Source: Bugula neritina (lineage: Eukaryota > Animalia > Bryozoa). From it: a stretch of 64,000 nt of DNA. Made by a program: the position numbers and the translations under genes. Numbering within the stretch: position 1 is the stretch's first letter; each line of letters starts with the position of its first letter. The notes under the pieces are model-generated. The model was given only the letters and a program-made list of their open reading frames with translations, was not told the origin of the DNA and ran no database searches. Location of the stretch: NCBI GenBank assembly GCA_964035545.1, contig OZ037765.1, positions 9,868,698 through 9,932,697 on the forward strand, in the 5' to 3' direction. Below are positions 57,545-64,000 of the stretch, piece after piece.

Positions 57545-58977
57545 TCACAGTTTCCATAACATGCATATGGCTTTTATAAGACCAACATCATTGTAGTTGA
57601 AGTTCATCAAGCAGGCAAAAGCTGTGATCGAAAGAACATAAGGTAGAACTTTAGCCATAGTCGTAAGGATTGGGTATCTTCGTTCACCAGTATCACTAGG
57701 ATACCCATGCATGTAATCAGCAAATACGCCTGATATTCCCCTGTGAAAATAATAAACCAGTTATAGCCATCATGAAATCAAGGCAGTACAGTCATCACGG
57801 ACTTCAATGAAACTACATTTTATGCTTCTTTCATAACACAATTTTAATGATAAAAGAGCAATTTGTTTGAACTATATACATCAATATACACACGAGCAGC
57901 GAACATATAATGACTTTTCCTATAACAGCAGCTAAAAATAACATGTAATAAAAGTTTGTAATGATTAATAATAATGTTTTAATCCTGAGTACGTTTGCAA
58001 TATCATTAGAGGTGAGCTAAAATTAAAAGTTGGAGGCATAATGTATGTGCACAAACTTTATTATGAAACCGAATTGTATGAGTACACAACCCTAAAACTG
58101 TATTTGCTCATAGCTAACACTTTCTTGACATTTAATACTATATACAATATGAATGTATTTTGTCAGGCCTGCTTTAAAGGGTAAAACTACAAATAACGGT
58201 GAGCATATTGAAACTGCTACTTACCAATGTGAGTGAATTACGAGGGAAGTACACAAGGCAGTGTCCATTGCAAATGACGGCTCTAGAATAAATGCTGCTG
58301 GAATAACAGCATATAGTCCAGCTGACATTACTCTTTCAGCAACCCAGTGGCCACGGTGTGAACTCACTGCTTCTAAAAACATAAAATCAACTTTAAAATA
58401 GTTATCACTAGTTCTTGCAGTTTTTTCTCAAGAAAATTTCATGGATTCAACTCCATTAAAGAGAATAAATATAAATAAGATAAAATATGATACATAAACT
58501 AATTTACAAACTAAAATCATAACTGCTAACCTGGGGTTGCTTTTTTCACAGATGTAAGGTGAATAGGTCTTTTATTGAGCATATTTTGTCCACCATAACA
58601 GAAAGATGGCGAAGCCAATACGCTGGCATTCATGGGTTTACAGTATGTCTTCAAAGAAGACTTCAAACATTCTAGAATTACAAGGGTGAAGTTATTGAAA
58701 AATTTAAATTACACATATAGAATAATTTAAACAATTATCACCCTCAAAGAAATTTGATGTAATTGTACATTTTATTTTGGCAAATTGACAACTAAGGATT
58801 AATAAAAAAGCAGAGCTTGAGTTCAAAATAATTAATAAACAATCTGTGCATAGTATACATGTAGAAGCATAGAGCTGACCAATTAATTCTGTTAACTTAT
58901 ATGTGTTCGTGTGTGTAATTTAACAATAGTGATTACAAATACTTACGTTTAAAAGCTATGCCAGTTGTCATATTCAT
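57545..58977 (-). CDS. SDHD: Succinate dehydrogenase cytochrome b small subunit (CybS), 4 coding exons
   Basis: Exons approx. 58947-58977, 58531-58671, 58224-58372, 57545-57741; basic presequence, HWVAERVMS, HSHWGISGVFADYMHG, FNYNDVGLIKAICMLWKL*. Confidence 0.94.
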
Positions 58978-59019
58978 TTTGGACAGTCACAGTATGGATT
59001 GGTAGTTATGATTGCTAGA

Positions 59020-60790
59020 CAATTCTGAAATTAAAACTAGTTTAATTTTGAACCATCACTATTACAATCATTACATACAAGTGAACTAGATTAATGACAT
59101 CACTATCATCAGCACTACAAAACTATAAACCTGCGTAAAAGTATGGCTCGCCAAATCTGGTTCAATCAAATTAATCTCGAGGCTAAACTAATACCATTCA
59201 TGTCCAGTCTTAACGCAAGCACTCACAATGACTTGGATCATCTCACAGCCATTTGGGTTAACTTGTAAACTTTTCACACCATTTATGTAGGTGATACTAT
59301 AAATTCAAGCTGAATAATTAAATAAAACATAAAACTTAACATTATTATAAAAAATAGTTATTATTAAGAATGACATAATTATTATGATGTATACACAATA
59401 CGATAATGTATAAAAAGTTAACTCATCAAATTTAATGCGATTCCCAATTACCATGTTTATTACTAATAAATCCAGAGTTCACATATTACTCAAACTATGT
59501 ATTTTTACACTTGAAATCGAGTGCCAGTCAATTTGTATTGTTTCAGTTTAACAATTGCCAACATCACTACATATGCATAACTATATCATCAAATAGTAAT
59601 TATTACATGGCTTTTTCATCATTATGAATTATATCACTTTAAATTTAATGATCTTACTGATATTGTAATCTTCAAGTGTACAACTACGAAAAAATAATTA
59701 TAATGAAAAGCGAGCATGAGATTTGAATCAACAGTTATTGCTATGAGTATGACAATTTGAATTTACAATTGTCAATCAATCAATTATCATTATTTGTTTA
59801 AGTTTTATTAATACCTCAAATACATGAACTAACATTGTAATGCAACAGATTCAGAATTCATTTCACAATCAACTTACACCAAGTTAAAGTTTGTAGTTAT
59901 GTTGAATGTTACTTTAACTTCGATTTGAGTTATTTTTGGTCCTAACCATATATCTATAATTTAAATTTCAAACTTAGAGTTAGTCTTAATTGTATACTCT
60001 TATTAGTTATTACTATTAGTATTAGTATTAGTTACATTAACATATCTATTTTTAAGCCAATGCTCATCTCATTGATAATAAATATCAGAAAATTAAAATA
60101 ATGCTAATTTTATTAATTGAAATTCAAATTGAAATTAGAATAACTATAAGTATAAGCATATCAAATTCAATGTCAATATTACTTATTCTTATAAATACTA
60201 ATAGTAATAGTAAATACAATTATATGAAATTGAACATGAAAAAAAAAATGATAATGAAATTCGTATGAGTTGATATTCATATCACATAGTCATATGAGTT
60301 ATGACTATCACTATGACTATGTCTATTCCATTTACTTAGAGTTAGAGTTTATTACTATGATTCATACTGTAAGTGTATGACCATAGCCATAGGCATAAGA
60401 TTATGATTATCATATTGATATTCATCATCATTATGATTATCAATTTCAATTTGAATTTCAATATGATCCCACTGACAGATCATGATGATGATTACTAATA
60501 ATATTATTATTAATAAATATAATACAATAATATTATTATATTAATTTTAAAAATAAATAAAACTTAATATTAAAATAACAATTATTATCATTATGATTAT
60601 GGTAACAAATGAAATAATGATCATCATTACGATTATAAAATATATTGATAACTTTATTGTTAATGTGCTATGATCATGGCAATGATGGAAAAATTAAAAC
60701 CATTGCAAAGGGTTCGACATCGAGCTACTGCTATATTAATATTATATTTATTGCTGAATTGATTATAAATATGATTTTGTCACTGCGGGT
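59020..60790. repeat. Degenerate hexamer-periodic quasi-palindromic tract upstream of the SDHD CDS
   Basis: ATGACT ATCACT ATGACT ATGTCT; TTTCAA TTTGAA TTTCAA; ATTACT ATTAGT ATTAGT. Confidence 0.8.
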
Positions 60791-60792
60791 GG

Positions 60793-60943
60793 AATTGTTT
60801 TATAAGCAGCTCCGAGTTGGGAGTGCAGTAGTTTGGAGTTCTCAAGTTTGAAACCGGGGTGTGTTGAAACCCAACTCCAAACTCAAAAGCTTCAAGCTAT
60901 TGCGCTCAGTCATTCCCATTTCGGAGCTGCTTATAGAACCATT
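60793..60943. mobile_element. ~150-bp fold-back element (MITE-like inverted repeat)
   Basis: TATAAGCAGCTCCGAGTTGGGAGTG pairs with CATTCCCATTTCGGAGCTGCTTATA; inner arms AGTTTGGAGTT / AACTCCAAACT. Confidence 0.6.
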
Positions 60944-61072
60944 TGGGCGATTACATATTCCGACCTTGGCATACCGGCGTTCGGTATAATTAATCTTAGT
61001 ACGTGCTCGTTTACTTGCAATCTTAGTTCATGTTGTTGGTGCAGAGACAACTCTACGGTTTTCTACAGTGTA

Positions 61073-62846
61073 CAGTGCTGTGAAAAAGTTTAAGGACGCC
61101 TCCCTGTTTTCCATAATAGCAATGTTCCAAGCTAATTTTAAGACATAACTAATGCCTTTCCATAGGCATGGTGCCTATCAAAATAATCCTTAAAATCTCC
61201 TTATCTCATTCATATAAATTATAAGTGTCTCTTTTTACATCCTCCAAAAACTTGGGTGAAACAATGAGATACTATGCATATACGGGAATTATTCAATGTT
61301 CTCACAATTTGTGTGTACTGTAGGACATCAGAATATTTTACTTGAAACATAGAAAAATATTATATGTAAATTGTTATACACATTATAGCAGCATTGCAAC
61401 ACACAGTGCTTTAAATTTTAGTATCAACATTTTGTTGGCTAGCCTTTATTTTCAATCACAAGTCGGCAGCGACGAGGCATCGACTTGTACAACTTCTCCA
61501 ACTCCTTTTCAGTCACGACATGATGCCATGCATAAATTACAGGCTCTATTAGTGTCACCTTAGTTGTTGGCTTTTGTGAAGAGACTATTTTAGCCATTCT
61601 TGACCATGAATTTCTTATTTGATTCAAGTCCCGGCTTTGTGCTGGCCAGTTAAGCGTTGAGACCTTCTGCTTTTTCATCCACTTTTTAACAGTTTTTGCC
61701 CAATGGCATGGTGCATTGTCATCTTCAAATATGTTAATTTAATTTTAAAATAAGTTTTTTATGATTGGAAGATGTTTAGCATTAGGATTCTCCATATATT
61801 TTTGAGCATTAACATCATTCCAGAGCAATTACTGAGTCGACCTACACTTTTTCGTGTTATGCAACCCCAGAACATAACACCGATAGGGTGCTTAATTGTT
61901 CGAAGAATAAATTAGGGGTTATATTTCTCATACTGGTATCTTTTAACACAACAGTTTCCAGCATGATTGTTCACATTAAATATGGATTCATCTGAAAAAA
62001 TTACTTTTTTTCTAATCATTCACTGTCTAATTACCAGGCTCCCTGGTCCACCGTAGCCGGTTTTTTCGCTACTTCTCGGTTAGTAGAGGCTTCCTTCTTG
62101 CTTTGCAGACACATAGACCATGGCTCAGCAGTCTTCGCCTTATCAGGGATGTCGAAGCTGTTGTTCCTGTTGATTCTGATCATTCTTTGCCAACTCAGGA
62201 CTTGTTTTATGGCAATCTTTCTTGCTGATCCTAATGAAAACCTTGTCATCTCTAGGTGTGCTTATTTTTGGTCGGCCATTTTCAGGTCCATCTGCTACAC
62301 TACCAGTGTCCATAAACTTCTTGATAAATTGATGTACAGTTGTCTTTACTTTGCCAACTTTTTCAGATATTTTCCTAATTGAATAACCTTCTTTTTGCAA
62401 GAAAATTATTACAAACTTTGCCTCTGAAGGAAGATTTACAGCTCTCATTTAGTCTATGGGCAGCACCCAAGTAGACACCATGTAAAAGCTCACAACTAAA
62501 TGACATATTTTAAATTATAAAAGAAAGTTATACTTTATGATATCATGATGCCACGCACAAAGTCAAATTTCACTATTTAGCCTTTTGTGGTTATAAAAGT
62601 CGATAAACTTTGGTTACATAAAAATACAGGAGTTGCGCTTCCCTAGCTGCCTGTGCACTTGGCCCAGAAATGGGTAGAAAAAATCACAACAGCAAGAATT
62701 TAGAAGATGGAAATTGTAGAGCACATTCTAAGGGTCATTTTGATATATAGAACTTGCAGGAAAATATTAAGAACTTACAAGAAATGCCTATTAAACAAGA
62801 TACATAGAAATTTCTGCAAGCGTCCTTAAACTTTTTCACATCACTG
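61073..62846 (-). mobile_element. Full-length but defective Tc1-family DNA transposon
   Basis: TIRs CAGTGCTGTGAAAAAGTTTAAGGACGC / GCGTCCTTAAACTTTTTCACATCACTG; TA TSD on both sides; internal transposase. Confidence 0.96.
61439..62448 (-). pseudogene. Frameshifted Tc1 (DD34E-type) transposase
   Basis: HTH N-terminus with GRPK, then FSDES, FEDDNAPCH and WPAQSRDLNQIRNSW (catalytic Glu position reads R); split across frames with stops. Confidence 0.92.
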
Positions 62847-63129
62847 TATGTTTTTATACAGTTTTATACAATTTTGTAGTTGTTTTCTCTATTGTATGTC
62901 CAGTTCCTTAGTAACCGCTAGGGCTAGGAGATGCTTTCGATTAAGAAATGAAGTAGATTTTTGCCAAGACCTTACTTTTCTCATATCATAATCATATACA
63001 CATAAAATGCTTTCAATCTCAAGTAGGCCAATTTATGTTAACTTATATTGCTTTAAGATCAAAATCTGACGAAAAGCTACTTTCACCAAACTTTCCTAAT
63101 CAATCGGACTGAATAAATCTTAGACTTAT

Positions 63130-63850
63130 AATAATAAAATTTTCCTATACTTATAGTAATACTATTACCTATTAGTAAAGCTCACTGACACTAACAGTAA
63201 CTTAAACTGTACTACCTAAGCTAATGGCTATAATACTAATAGTAATACTAATAATAAATTATCGCTAGTGTTATGCAAATACTGTAAACTTCTCCAATCA
63301 CAATAACCTATTATTTATTCCCATTCAAGTGAATGTAATTATTTGTGTATGCAATGTCAATAGTAAGTAAACATTATGACAATCGAATGCTGCTGTTCTA
63401 TTAGTTCTATTATTTCTCACAGTAAGTAACTCACAGTCCCTGCAGGCTCAGTATTGCTGCAACTATTGAATACGTGTTTGCTATTGGCTATTGATAATAG
63501 TATTATCGTTGCTCTAAGGTACCATTGCCATTATACTGGACATTGTCATAAGAGCAAGACTTGTGTATACTTGCAGGTTATAGAACTATGATTTTATATC
63601 AATGTGATTATTAGTGCTGAGTTTTTAACAGTTGCTCGCTTGGCAGGGTTCTTTAGTGTCACATTGATCAACGACATCTCTCATATTATAATGTCATATA
63701 GGTATGTAGATGTTAATTATTTACACACATACACTTACAGAAGTTTTACAATCCGTATTACTATTAGTATTACGATGTTAGACTTAGTATTACTATTAGT
63801 ATTACAATGTTAGACTTAGTATTACTATTGTAGTGAGTAGTGCAAGTACA
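63130..63850. repeat. Degenerate hexamer-periodic tract, including a 32-bp tandem duplication at ~63758-63828
   Basis: GACACT AACAGT AAC; AATACT AATAGT AATACT; TTACTATTAGTATTACRATGTTAGACTTAGTA x2. Confidence 0.75.
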
Positions 63851-63854
63851 AATA

Positions 63855-64000
63855 CAGGAATCGCCCTCTCCCTATTCTTGGAATACTTAGACTCTTATGT
63901 AGCAACCAATTAGCAGCTCCGGAAGATATGCTTCCGAGTCACGTGACACTGCCCGGGTTAATAAGATTATATCACGTTGTTGTAAGCGGAGGCTTGTAGT
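63855..64000. promoter_or_regulatory. Promoter-like CpG cluster with perfect CLEAR palindrome; associated gene not identified
   Basis: GTCACGTGAC at 63938-63947, ETS-like CCGGAAG and CTTCCG, CCAAT. Confidence 0.55.

Overview
AT-rich, gene-dense, intron-rich animal (invertebrate-like) genomic DNA; it is not prokaryotic, and the ORF track mostly shows single exons or spurious low-complexity ORFs. Manual splicing gives eight protein-coding genes: NCAPD3 (-, runs off the window start), TYSND1 (-, single-exon CDS ending in SKL), PPT1 (-), a latrophilin/Cirl-like adhesion GPCR (+), ATP6V1A (-, with a U12-type intron), RRM2 (+), a tetraspanin (+) and SDHD (-). Two pairs are head-to-head and two are tail-to-tail. 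Mobile DNA includes a tRNA-derived SINE family, CR1/L2-type and RTE-like LINE relics, a hAT MITE, a decayed Tc1 element and a hairpin element. Two unexplained patterns stand out. (1) Every inferred promoter is followed downstream by about 0.3-1.5 kb of drifting, 6-bp-periodic, self-complementary sequence (ACT/AGT, TCA/TGA, AAA/TTT flips) that I did not see in internal introns. (2) Several minisatellites are anchored at splice junctions; one is an array of 14 consensus 5' splice sites. Exon coordinates were read by eye and may be off by a few bases; TSS positions are inferred.
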